NCBI GenBank assembly: GCA_049968515.1
Contig: JBMFQR010000005.1
Span: 11,809 to 75,808, forward strand
DNA length: 64,000 nucleotides
Origin: Brevinematia bacterium
GTDB taxonomy: Bacteria > Spirochaetota > Brevinematia > Brevinematales > JAOACQ01
Reading direction: 5' to 3'
In this document: positions 10,335 through 19,171 of the stretch, piece after piece
How positions within the stretch are numbered: the stretch's first letter is position 1
Layout: each line of letters starts with the position of its first letter
Made by a program: the position numbers and the translations under genes
Notes under the pieces: generated by a model
What the model was told of the DNA's origin: nothing
Database searches by the model: none
The model's input: the letters and a program-made list of their open reading frames with translations, nothing else

Positions 10335-10943
10335 TCAGTCAAAGTTTACCTTTGGTGGTTTTTCTGCCCCTTCTTCTGCTTTAAAATAAGCCTTCTCTTT
10401 AAAACCAAACATATTTGCAATTATATTTGAAGGGAAGCGTCTTCTCAAAGCATTAAATTCCATCGCAACATCATTATACCTTTTTCTTTCCACAGCAATT
10501 CTATTTTCCGTTCCCTCAAGCTGGGACTGTAGAGAAAGGAAATTTTCATTTGCCTTAAGCTGGGGATAATTTTCTACAATAGCTAAAAGTCTTGATAATG
10601 CTCCTGATAACTCTCCCTGCATTTTCTGAAACTCGGCCAATCGCCTTGAATCATTTACTATAGAAGAATCGACTTTTACAGATGTAGCTTTACTTCTCGC
10701 TTCAACTATTGCCTCAAATGTCTGCCTTTCATGCTTTGCATAGCCTTTTACTGTCTCTACAAGATTAGGGATAAGGTCTGCCCTTCTCTGATAGACATTT
10801 TCAACCTGCGACCACTGAGACTTTACTGCCTCCTCAAGAGATACAAGCCTGTTGTAATTTCCTACAAAAACACTACATCCCCCGATGATAATTAGCAAAA
10901 CTATACCCAGTATGATCAATAGATTCTTTGTTGAACCCTGCAT
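10335..10943 (-). CDS. lemA: LemA family protein
   Basis: LemA core YNRLV...QWSQVENVYQRRADLIPNLVETVK...ENRIAVERKRYN. ATG at 10943 behind AAGGAG. The LemA-TPM-TPM order is a common operon. Confidence 0.85.
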   Translation of the reverse strand: MQGSTKNLLIILGIVLLIIIGGCSVFVGNYNRLVSLEEAVKSQWSQVENVYQRRADLIPNLVETVKGYAKHERQTFEAIVEARSKATSVKVDSSIVNDSRRLAEFQKMQGELSGALSRLLAIVENYPQLKANENFLSLQSQLEGTENRIAVERKRYNDVAMEFNALRRRFPSNIIANMFGFKEKAYFKAEEGAEKPPKVNFD

Positions 10944-11184
10944 ATACACTCCTTCATACAAGACAGTCTGTTTTTAAAAATAGACTAACATTTTCTTATG
11001 TTTATACATGTTAGACTATTATAATATAAATCAATATGAGATGTATAGTCAAGAGAATTAAAAAATTAAATTATTCTTCCAAAAAACACTCGATTTTTTA
11101 TTTCCTTTCGATTTAATATAATAATTTACTTTAGTAAGTAAAATTTGAATGGAAACGAAAAAGTCTCCTTTATAAATAAAAGCT

Positions 11185-11895
11185 TTACTTTAACTTTTCT
11201 TTCAGACCATTTAGTATCTTTATCTCTTTATTTTCAGAAAGTATATTATTTTCGTCAACTGGTATTGCAAGTCCCTTCTCAATGATCTCTTTGGCCTTTT
11301 CTTTCTGATTCTGCTCAATAAGCAATTCAGCATAAAATCTATATGCAGTTCTATTGTTTGGGTTTATTTTTAAGGCTTTTTCATAATCAGCTATTGCCTT
11401 CTTTACGTCACCAACACTTATAACCGCTGGAGCTTCTTGATAAACCCTGCCTCTTACCATAAAAAAGCTTCCATTTTCAAAATCCGGTGCAATCTTAATA
11501 CCTTTGTTACAGGCATCCATAATTGGCTTGACTGCAAAAAGGCTTTGCATTATACCATTCGCCTCTCCCCAGGAGCCGAGACATACCGCAAGCCAGTACC
11601 ATCCTTCAGGTCTATCTGGTTTTAGAGCAGTTGCTTTCTCTGCAGCTTTTTTTCCGGAATCCAGTATTGCCTTTTTTTCTTCATTACTTTTTATAAAGTT
11701 ATCCGCATAGAAGTGTGAGATTCTTGCAAGCTTCCAGGCAATCTCAAAATTGTCCTGATTTTTCTTAAATTCATCTTTCAAAGTCTGATAAGACTTTTTT
11801 GCCCCTTCCAGACTATTCCTTTCATTCCAGTAATCCTCAAAAGAAAAAGATAGCCCTGAAATCAAAAGAAAAAACAAAAGAAACTTAATCCTCAT
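11185..11895 (-). CDS. TPR-repeat secreted protein
   Basis: Signal peptide MRIKFLLFFLLISGLSF. TPR-like repeats (AIADYEKALKINPNNRTAYRFYAELL). GGAGG RBS before the second ATG. Confidence 0.65.
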   Translation of the reverse strand: MRIKFLLFFLLISGLSFSFEDYWNERNSLEGAKKSYQTLKDEFKKNQDNFEIAWKLARISHFYADNFIKSNEEKKAILDSGKKAAEKATALKPDRPEGWYWLAVCLGSWGEANGIMQSLFAVKPIMDACNKGIKIAPDFENGSFFMVRGRVYQEAPAVISVGDVKKAIADYEKALKINPNNRTAYRFYAELLIEQNQKEKAKEIIEKGLAIPVDENNILSENKEIKILNGLKEKLK

Positions 11896-11909
11896 AAAAA
11901 CCTCCATTT

Positions 11910-13286
11910 TTATATGGTTATCCCTACTCCAATTCCGTATGAAAAGACAAAGTTTCCAGCATCATAAGTGAGATATACAACAGGTCTTATTAGCAAGAAA
12001 AAGGTCTCAAGATTCAAAAATAATCCTCCGGAGTAAATGTACCGAGATATTGTAGAATCTCCTCCATAACTATCAAGTAATTTTATGTCTCCTCGCAATG
12101 CAATTCCTGTCCCGATTCTAAAAGGATATGCTCTGTCATTAAACAAGTAATATCCCGCTTCAATAACTGGCGTAACAAAAGCAAGCTCAACCATATCAGT
12201 CTTAAAATAACTTCCTCCGCAACCTGCACCAATCCAGAAATATCTGCCAGTGAAGAAGTCAATCGACAGAGTAGCCATATTTCTATCGAGACTGTAAAGT
12301 TTAAAATGTAGTATACCAGGGTTTTTAACAACAGGGGTAAGCAACTTCAATTCACCGTCTTTCAGATAAAATTCTTCATTTAAAACATTGTAATCCTTAT
12401 TATCCACTACTGTTAAGTTGTGTTTTATTCCAGCTTTTGCTTCAATTTCTTTATCTATCATATCTACTTCTCTGTCATCAAGAAAAACCTTATATTCTCT
12501 CCCTCTTTCCTTAAATTTCAGTTTTGAAATACTTACCTTTCCCATTGCAGAGTAGGTCACATCAATGGATGCGTATGATTCTAATCTCAGAGTTGTTTCA
12601 AACGCATTTTTTCCATCCCATTTTCTTTTTATTTCGAGAATGTTATTAACATCTGGCAGGACTTTTAGCGTGTATTGAAAATTGGAATTGGAAATTTCTT
12701 CAATCAATTTACCATTGAAAATTAGTTCATACTTTTCATCACCGATATCAAAGTTTTTAAAATTAACAGTTACTACTCTATATCCAATATTTAATATATT
12801 TTTAAGAGATACAGCTATCAATTCATCTGCAGTTTCAAAAATATCAGGTCCTGTAATACCGGTAAAGTTTTTTGAGAATATATCTGCCTTTGTACCCCTG
12901 CTCCATATATTTAATGTTACGTTAAACTTTGCATTTCTCCCTTCCCCCTTGCTCAGATAATATTCCCCATAGATTATAAAATCTATATTATTTTTAGTAG
13001 CATAAGTTTCAAAGTCATCCTTTTTCAAATTTATTCCAAGTGCTTCATTTTTACTAACTATATCAACCTGCGGAACAATGCCAATAAAGGAATACAATGA
13101 ATAAAATACTATCAAGCCATTATCCCTCGAATTCGGGAATTTTTTTTCATCTGACCTATCAGCAAAAGGAAGTATCAAAATCTTCACTCTTTCTGTTATA
13201 TTTTGAACACCAACCTCTACCTGAGAGAAGGAAACACTAAAAACAAACAAAATCATAGTAAAAACTATTGTTAATTTGAGTTTCAT
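11910..13286 (-). CDS. Hypothetical secreted protein, possibly outer-membrane associated
   Basis: 458-aa ORF with signal peptide. The C-terminal ~120 aa are rich in alternating aromatic/Gly segments and end GIGVGITI, which is beta-barrel-like. No family recognised. Confidence 0.5.
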   Translation of the reverse strand: MKLKLTIVFTMILFVFSVSFSQVEVGVQNITERVKILILPFADRSDEKKFPNSRDNGLIVFYSLYSFIGIVPQVDIVSKNEALGINLKKDDFETYATKNNIDFIIYGEYYLSKGEGRNAKFNVTLNIWSRGTKADIFSKNFTGITGPDIFETADELIAVSLKNILNIGYRVVTVNFKNFDIGDEKYELIFNGKLIEEISNSNFQYTLKVLPDVNNILEIKRKWDGKNAFETTLRLESYASIDVTYSAMGKVSISKLKFKERGREYKVFLDDREVDMIDKEIEAKAGIKHNLTVVDNKDYNVLNEEFYLKDGELKLLTPVVKNPGILHFKLYSLDRNMATLSIDFFTGRYFWIGAGCGGSYFKTDMVELAFVTPVIEAGYYLFNDRAYPFRIGTGIALRGDIKLLDSYGGDSTISRYIYSGGLFLNLETFFLLIRPVVYLTYDAGNFVFSYGIGVGITI

Positions 13287-13410
13287 AAACCTCCAAACCT
13301 ATGTTTATCATATCCTACCCTCCGATAAAAATTTAATCCATTTCCTATCGGAAGGTTAAATCTTTTTTCACTATAATATAGTAATCTATGTTAGTTATAT
13401 AAATTAGAAA

Positions 13411-13432
13411 GGACGGGGTATTACCCCGCCCC
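13411..13432 (-). terminator. GC-rich hairpin downstream of 13518..14303
   Basis: GGACGGGGUA/UACCCCGCCC-type stem in an otherwise AT-rich spacer, followed by a U-rich stretch on the minus strand. Confidence 0.45.
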
Positions 13433-13517
13433 TTCTTTGTTAACGACACCAGAAAATATTATCAAGAATCACATTTGTCAAATCACCAATATTTCCTTCT
13501 CCTGTGTTAAAGTATTT

Positions 13518-14303
13518 TTATCTTGCCCAGTATATTCTGTCAATCTTAAATTGCTTAGTTGAAGTCACAGGAATCGTTCTAATCTGTAATAAACTCGCTA
13601 CATGTGCAAGTTTATCCGGTGTGTAAGTAGAATTGAAGAAACTTGAAACTGGGATCATTACTGTGTGCCAGTTTCCGTCCTTCGCTTCTCCATAACTCCC
13701 ATTACCAATGGTGATTTCAGCAGATGTATACACTGTAGGATAAGTTCCATTTTCAATAGTTACCTTAAACACATCTCCATCAGGTGGAATATTCACATCA
13801 AGACATACATAACCATTTGTAAATCTTATCAGATTTGTTCCACCTGTATCACGTGCATTATTCGTTAACTGAAATCCACATCCACCCCATGTTACTCCAG
13901 GTGAAACAGTAACAAGAATATAGTAGGAGTGTTCGTCAGATAAATTTGGAGTTCCATCTCTGGAAGCATAAGCATTTCCACCATCCCAGGGATCAAATCT
14001 CATTTCATGGATTGTTGTTGGTTGAGGATTATTAAAGTCAATATCCATTGGAGTTCCAAGTGAAGTGTCCTCAGAAAACAATAAGATTACTTCCTGAAAT
14101 GTACTCCCACTGCTCGAAGAGCTTGCAGGTGTACTACTCGAAGAGCTTTCAGGTGTACTACTCGAAGAACTAGCTGGAACACTTGAAGAAGTAGACATCG
14201 TACTGCTTGAAGAACTTGAACTCTCTCCTGATGGTGTGGTGGTACAGGCAAATACAACCATTAAAGCTAACATCAGCAAAATTAGCCTTTGAAAATACCT
14301 CAT
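13518..14303 (-). CDS. Lipoprotein with poly-Ser linker and a carbohydrate-binding-module-like domain paralogous to the GH16 protein
   Basis: Lipobox VFAC and a ~45-aa Ser/Thr/Pro linker. The C-terminal domain aligns with GH16 residues ~300-478 (DGNWHTVMIPVSSFF vs DGQWHTVSIPMSKFF; FKIDRIYWA vs IYIDNVYWT). Confidence 0.65.
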   Translation of the reverse strand: MRYFQRLILLMLALMVVFACTTTPSGESSSSSSSTMSTSSSVPASSSSSTPESSSSSTPASSSSSGSTFQEVILLFSEDTSLGTPMDIDFNNPQPTTIHEMRFDPWDGGNAYASRDGTPNLSDEHSYYILVTVSPGVTWGGCGFQLTNNARDTGGTNLIRFTNGYVCLDVNIPPDGDVFKVTIENGTYPTVYTSAEITIGNGSYGEAKDGNWHTVMIPVSSFFNSTYTPDKLAHVASLLQIRTIPVTSTKQFKIDRIYWAR

Positions 14304-14403
14304 ATCTTTCCTCCTATACAGAATTTTTACATATTATAATGCTTATATGAAAATTTAGTTAATACTTGAGGTAATAAAAAAGTAATACCCGAAGTAGTAT
14401 TTT

Positions 14404-16677
14404 TTAGTTCTTGATTAATTGACTTAAAACTGAAAAGAGAAAAGATTCATAACCAAATCTTTTTATTTGATAGTTCTTAATAAATTCAAAAAATTCATAT
14501 TTATTTTTTACATCAAGTTTTGAATAAATTGAACCAATATGTATCTTTACAGTACTTTCTGCAATAAAGAGACTTGACGCTATTTCTTTGATTTGGTAAC
14601 CCTGACTCCATAATTTCAAGACCTCTTTTTCTCTCGAACTAAGGTTAAATTCTCTAAAGAAACTTTCATCAATTGATAAAGATTTTGAAAGAATGGGTCT
14701 TATATCAAAACCGCTTACTCTTATTCCTGAAAATTTTCCACCTTCATATATTCTAACCATATTGAAAAGAAAATGAATTATTGCCCCGCTCCTTTTAAGC
14801 ATTCTAATTTCATTAAGTTCGCCACTATCATTATACTTTGTTTCATTGAAAATCTCATAAAACCTATCTCTATCTTCCGGATAAACAAAATCCATAAAAT
14901 TCAATTTACTTTCGCTTTCCTTCACCATAAGCATTTCCTTTGCATTTTTGTTTAAAAATTCGATGGACAGATCTTTGTTTATCTCAAAAACAGCTGAAGG
15001 CAAGAATTCAAGCATTGAAAAGTATTTTTCTTTTAACTCATTTAAAATTTTTACCATTTTTTCAAGATTTTCTTCATTGATGAGATTTTTCTGAAATAAC
15101 TCTATATACTTAAGAGTACTGCTCAATTGCTCCCTTAAGATTTCATAAACTATATCATTCTTTATATAATTAATCACAATTATACCATATACCTCTTTCT
15201 TCCCTGAAAGAGGCAAAAAAATATAATTTTTCTCATCTGTGAAATTTTTAATAATATCACCCAAACTCTGATTGTTTTCCAACAAAACATTCTTATTATT
15301 CTTTATGAATAAAACACATCTCAGTTTTTCTTTCTGGGGAATGACATCTGGCTTTTCATTAACAAATAGCAGAAAATCAGAAATTCCAAGTGATGGTAGT
15401 TTCTCAATAAGGTGAGCCTTTAATTCTTCAAGACTTATATCTGAGCTAATATCTCTCGTGAGAATTCTTAACATAAAAATTTCATTGTAAAAATTATTCA
15501 GTCTGCCTTTTTCTTCCAGTTCCATCTTTGTAGATAAGTAATCAAAAAGAGAGAAAAATTCATCAAAGAACCTTCTATCACTAAATCTTTTCTCTTCCTT
15601 CAAAAAAAACTCTCTGAAAAGAGAATTAAGAGAATAATATTTACTTTCTTTTATCAAATCTAACAATTCAAGCATTATTTTTTCAGATTTTTCATTATTT
15701 GAATCATCCCCTCCTTCTAATATTGTATATATTTTTTTAGTAATTTCTGTATTTTTATACTTCTCTTTTCCGAATTCTGTCGTTTTTATATGTTTACATC
15801 CGCAGGATTCCCTTATTATTAACTCTGGTTCTATATATATCTTTTCTTTTACTTCCTTGCCATTTATCAAATCAAGAAGCAAAGTTAGAGAGAATGAAGT
15901 TACTTCTCTTATTTTTACATCAACCGTTGTTAGAGATGGTTTTGTAGAGACTGCATTTATTACATTATCAAATCCCGTCACAGGAATATAATTATTAAAA
16001 ATATCTTTATTGTTTTCAATATAGTTTAAAATCCCTATTGCCATTGTGTCATTTGATGAAACTATTGCATCAAAACTTCCAAGCTCATTCTTTAATTTTT
16101 TTAATGCCTCTATTCCGGACTCAAATCTGAAATCTCCTTCGATTATATATTTTCTCTCAACACTAAGTCCGTATTTTTCAAGACAGTTTAAAAATGCTTT
16201 AAATCTTTCCATTGCATCAACATTATTTTCGGGACCTTTTACAAATGCAAATCTTTTAAATCTGTGGAAATCTATAAGATGTGACATAAGTTTTTCCATC
16301 CCGCTAGCATTATCAATAATGATTGAAGGTATATTTTCAACCTCCGTAAAAACACTTACAGATGGGATTTCTCTGAACTTATCAATAAACTTTATTAACT
16401 CATCTTTTTTGACAAAGTTTGCTATCATACCGGAAAAAATAATAAGTCCATCTATAGAAGTAAGAGAGGAATCTATGAAATCATAAATATAGTTCTGAGG
16501 TTTTTCGGTTTCGTATGGGGAATTAAGGGACCTGCCAACAAAAAAGGTTAAATCAACATTTTGCTCTCCTGCCCTCTCTATAAGTTCTTCCCATATATCA
16601 TACTGGTATTGATGTATTATAACTCCAATTCTCTTTCTTTTATTAAAACCTTTCCATTTCATTTCACATATTCCCAT
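14404..16677 (-). CDS. Hybrid transcriptional regulator: cytoplasmic LacI-type sugar-binding (PBP type I) domain, long middle region, PAS-like domain, C-terminal LuxR-type HTH
   Basis: N-terminal IGVIIHQ...FFVGRSL...SSNDTMAIGIL...IPVTGFDN resembles the Peripla_BP_3 fold. C-terminal LSSREKEVLKLWSQGYQIKEIASSLFIAESTVKIHIGSIYSKL is a LuxR/GerE HTH. Confidence 0.65.
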   Translation of the reverse strand: MGICEMKWKGFNKRKRIGVIIHQYQYDIWEELIERAGEQNVDLTFFVGRSLNSPYETEKPQNYIYDFIDSSLTSIDGLIIFSGMIANFVKKDELIKFIDKFREIPSVSVFTEVENIPSIIIDNASGMEKLMSHLIDFHRFKRFAFVKGPENNVDAMERFKAFLNCLEKYGLSVERKYIIEGDFRFESGIEALKKLKNELGSFDAIVSSNDTMAIGILNYIENNKDIFNNYIPVTGFDNVINAVSTKPSLTTVDVKIREVTSFSLTLLLDLINGKEVKEKIYIEPELIIRESCGCKHIKTTEFGKEKYKNTEITKKIYTILEGGDDSNNEKSEKIMLELLDLIKESKYYSLNSLFREFFLKEEKRFSDRRFFDEFFSLFDYLSTKMELEEKGRLNNFYNEIFMLRILTRDISSDISLEELKAHLIEKLPSLGISDFLLFVNEKPDVIPQKEKLRCVLFIKNNKNVLLENNQSLGDIIKNFTDEKNYIFLPLSGKKEVYGIIVINYIKNDIVYEILREQLSSTLKYIELFQKNLINEENLEKMVKILNELKEKYFSMLEFLPSAVFEINKDLSIEFLNKNAKEMLMVKESESKLNFMDFVYPEDRDRFYEIFNETKYNDSGELNEIRMLKRSGAIIHFLFNMVRIYEGGKFSGIRVSGFDIRPILSKSLSIDESFFREFNLSSREKEVLKLWSQGYQIKEIASSLFIAESTVKIHIGSIYSKLDVKNKYEFFEFIKNYQIKRFGYESFLFSVLSQLIKN

Positions 16678-16825
16678 AACCCAAACCGAATGTTAAAATT
16701 TAAAGTAGAAAGATAAGCATGAAGCCTACTGTCTCCATATCTATCTTAATAAAAAATCATCCGGTTCAGGCGGTTAATATAATAGCACTATTTTAAAATT
16801 TTTTCAATATGAAGCTATATAGCAT

Positions 16826-16871
16826 AAAAAAATAAAAACAGCAGGGACAGAATATATTTCCGTCCCTACTG
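16826..16871 (-). terminator. Rho-independent terminator of 16878..18209
   Basis: Minus strand: CAGUAGGGAC-loop-GUCCCUGCUG followed by UUUUUAUUUUUUU. Confidence 0.7.
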
Positions 16872-16877
16872 TGTTGT

Positions 16878-18209
16878 TTATGGAAGTGTTATATTTGTAT
16901 ATTCCGCACTATCCAATGGAGCAATATTTGTAAGTTCTACAAGTAGTGATGGTTTTGTCCCATTTGTGTTACAGATATTTGGGTCAACAATCTGGATATT
17001 GGAATAATGCTTTTCCTCATACACCTCATATATCTGATATATATTTGTGGTTTCAGGTGTGCTAGCTACAAAAATTGTGGTAGAAGAATGGTTTGTTATC
17101 TCTACATTAAGATTTGTAATAAGAATTATGTTGGTGGTATATATAAGTTGATTTGACAGCTGAGAAATGCTGATATAATTCGTGGTAAAAATACGATTAT
17201 AAACTTTGTAGTTCCCCTCTACCCTCGCAAGATTCCACAATAGATTACCACTCGAATTGAAATATTCTTCATATGTATAGTTAGAAAATGTAAAAATGTT
17301 TGTGATGTAATATACACCCACCCCAATAATAGTAAAGTTTGTAACCTGATTAGTAATATAATTCGTGCCAGTTATAGTAAAATTAGCCCAGTTTGTTCCA
17401 TTGTTGATACTTGTTGTTCTTGCATAAACACCGCCATTTCCGTTTTCGCTTCCATATCCCACAAGATTCCATGAGCTTATAAAGCTATTGTGATTAGTTA
17501 TGACTGCAGGATTAATATCAACCTTTGACTTTGCAATTACTTCACCTTCGCCAACTCTAGTAAGAGTCACCCTGAAATTTGAAATTCCATCTGAATTGTC
17601 TTGCTTAAACATTATATAAATATCAAGATAGGGTTGTGAAACAGTATAATCATAAATTATAGTTGCCTCTTTTGTATCCGAATTTGTGTCAGAAACAAAT
17701 TTCACCCTGCCCTTGAATGCACCATTAGCCTTTTGCCAGTCAAGATAGATGTTTGTAAGATTGCCATTTGTCTTGATGAGATAAAGATAATACACCCCTT
17801 CGCTATTAGTATTAAGAATGAATTTTCCATCACCCGCTGGGATTTCTTCTCCCATATGTGCCGCCAGATATTCCCTGTTTTCATAAACATTTGATAAAAC
17901 CATATCAATGAATTTTGTAATTCCAAGCCCCCACGATACATACATCTTAATTATTCCGGCGGCTTGGCTTTGAACCTCTGTAGAACCTGCTCTGAAAAGG
18001 CCAGGGGCTTTAAGCTTGAGCTCATTTTCGTTCTTAAGGCTATTGGGTACTTCCATAGTAATCTGTTCTGGCATTTCTATTCCACTTGTTGCAGAAGAAG
18101 ACGAGCTACTGCTTGACGAAGAAGAATTCTCCTGTGGCGTTTGCGCACAGGAAAGATAAGTAATTAACCCCACAGAAATAACCAAGATCCTAAAAAAAAT
18201 TCTATTCAT
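16878..18209 (-). CDS. Lipoprotein with poly-Ser linker, Thr/Asn/Ile/Tyr-rich C-terminal half, unknown function
   Basis: Lipobox YLSC followed by S12 linker. 443-aa ORF with its own terminator. No family recognised. Confidence 0.55.
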   Translation of the reverse strand: MNRIFFRILVISVGLITYLSCAQTPQENSSSSSSSSSSSATSGIEMPEQITMEVPNSLKNENELKLKAPGLFRAGSTEVQSQAAGIIKMYVSWGLGITKFIDMVLSNVYENREYLAAHMGEEIPAGDGKFILNTNSEGVYYLYLIKTNGNLTNIYLDWQKANGAFKGRVKFVSDTNSDTKEATIIYDYTVSQPYLDIYIMFKQDNSDGISNFRVTLTRVGEGEVIAKSKVDINPAVITNHNSFISSWNLVGYGSENGNGGVYARTTSINNGTNWANFTITGTNYITNQVTNFTIIGVGVYYITNIFTFSNYTYEEYFNSSGNLLWNLARVEGNYKVYNRIFTTNYISISQLSNQLIYTTNIILITNLNVEITNHSSTTIFVASTPETTNIYQIYEVYEEKHYSNIQIVDPNICNTNGTKPSLLVELTNIAPLDSAEYTNITLP

Positions 18210-18366
18210 ATTTAACCTCCAAAAGGTTTATATTATTATATACTTAAAATTTTTGTAAAAGGGAATTTTTGAGAAAAATTTTTGTATCTACAATTTAATT
18301 AAGGGTGAGAATAAAAAAGTTTGATTAAGTGGTGGAAATTTCCTTCCACAGCTCTAGATCTCTGTG

Positions 18367-18395
18367 GTGCTGGCTTGCCAGTACATCTTTTTTTT
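18367..18395 (+). terminator. Orphan plus-strand intrinsic terminator (3' end of a candidate sRNA)
   Basis: 7-bp stem GUGCUGG/CCAGUAC with 4-nt loop, 3-nt spacer, then U8 (18388-18395). There is no plus-strand ORF upstream. Confidence 0.45.
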
Positions 18396-18632
18396 AACCC
18401 CTAAATTTTAGACAATACCCGAAAGATTGTACTACAACCACAACATAGATATTTTTTACAAAGTCTTAGTTATCTTCTTTTATCTTTTCAATCTTGAAGT
18501 AAACTGGTCTTGGCCAATCAGAACAACAGGCAATTATAAGGTTCTTATCCTCATACCATATTCCGAAATCCATCTTTTTAGAATTGTTATCTTACATTTA
18601 ATCACTATATTTCTCCTTAACTCTTTATTCTG

Positions 18633-19157
18633 TCAATATTTCCTATCAGCATACTCAACCCAGCCACCGGCTTTTACAAGTTCTGCATCAAATGGGTTAA
18701 GCTTGAAGCTTACCACATCCTTTTTTCCACCACCTTCAATAGTAAAAGTATAGCTTCTAAGATCAAAATAGAGAGTTGCATCAGTATTCTTATACTTTTC
18801 AAAGAGCATATTTATTGTTTCTTCCGGCAATTCTATTGCAAGCATTCCACCATTAAACATATTTTGTCTAAAAATTCTCGCAAAGTTCACAGCTATAACA
18901 GCCGTTATTCCATTTACCTCAAGTGCCCACGGCGCATGTTCTCTCGATGAACCACAACCGAAATTTTTCCTCGTGATGATCACAGCCTTTCCAGCTACAT
19001 CCTTCTTTGGATCAAAGCCATCAAGTTTTAAGTCCTCAAGGCAATAAGGCTTTAAAGCCTCCTTTGAAATCTCTGTCAGATATTTAGCTGGAATTATCTC
19101 ATCGGTATTTATATCGCTTCTGTCTAAAAATAAAACTTTGCCACCAAACTGTTTCAT
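18633..19157 (-). CDS. leuD: 3-isopropylmalate dehydratase small subunit (aconitase-family swivel domain)
   Basis: GCGSSREHAPWAL motif. ATG at 19157 behind GGAGG, 14 nt after the leuC stop. Confidence 0.8.
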   Translation of the reverse strand: MKQFGGKVLFLDRSDINTDEIIPAKYLTEISKEALKPYCLEDLKLDGFDPKKDVAGKAVIITRKNFGCGSSREHAPWALEVNGITAVIAVNFARIFRQNMFNGGMLAIELPEETINMLFEKYKNTDATLYFDLRSYTFTIEGGGKKDVVSFKLNPFDAELVKAGGWVEYADRKY

Positions 19158-19171
19158 AGTTTCCTCCAGAA

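Noticed and set aside
10963-10995. Third occurrence of ACAGTCTGT...ATAGACT (8-nt spacer) upstream of lemA
   Set aside because: Only the two 7-9-nt arms are shared, with no flanking similarity. It lies on the plus strand between two minus-strand genes, so the G-U-containing hairpin would exist only in an antisense transcript. ATAGACT-like strings also occur at 7909 as part of a -10 box. Probably chance or a simple hairpin.
18468-18575. 35-codon minus-strand ORF (MDFGIWYEDKNLIIACCSDWPRPVYFKIEKIKEDN) in the leuD-downstream spacer, possibly a toxin-antitoxin or transposase remnant
   Set aside because: No convincing RBS, no recognisable family from the short peptide, and no partner ORF. It cannot be supported from sequence alone.
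18427-18753. 108-aa plus-strand ORF overlapping the leuD 3' end
   Set aside because: It overlaps a well-supported gene on the opposite strand. Its composition is hydrophobic and low-complexity, it has no RBS, and it starts inside an AT-rich spacer. Likely spurious.
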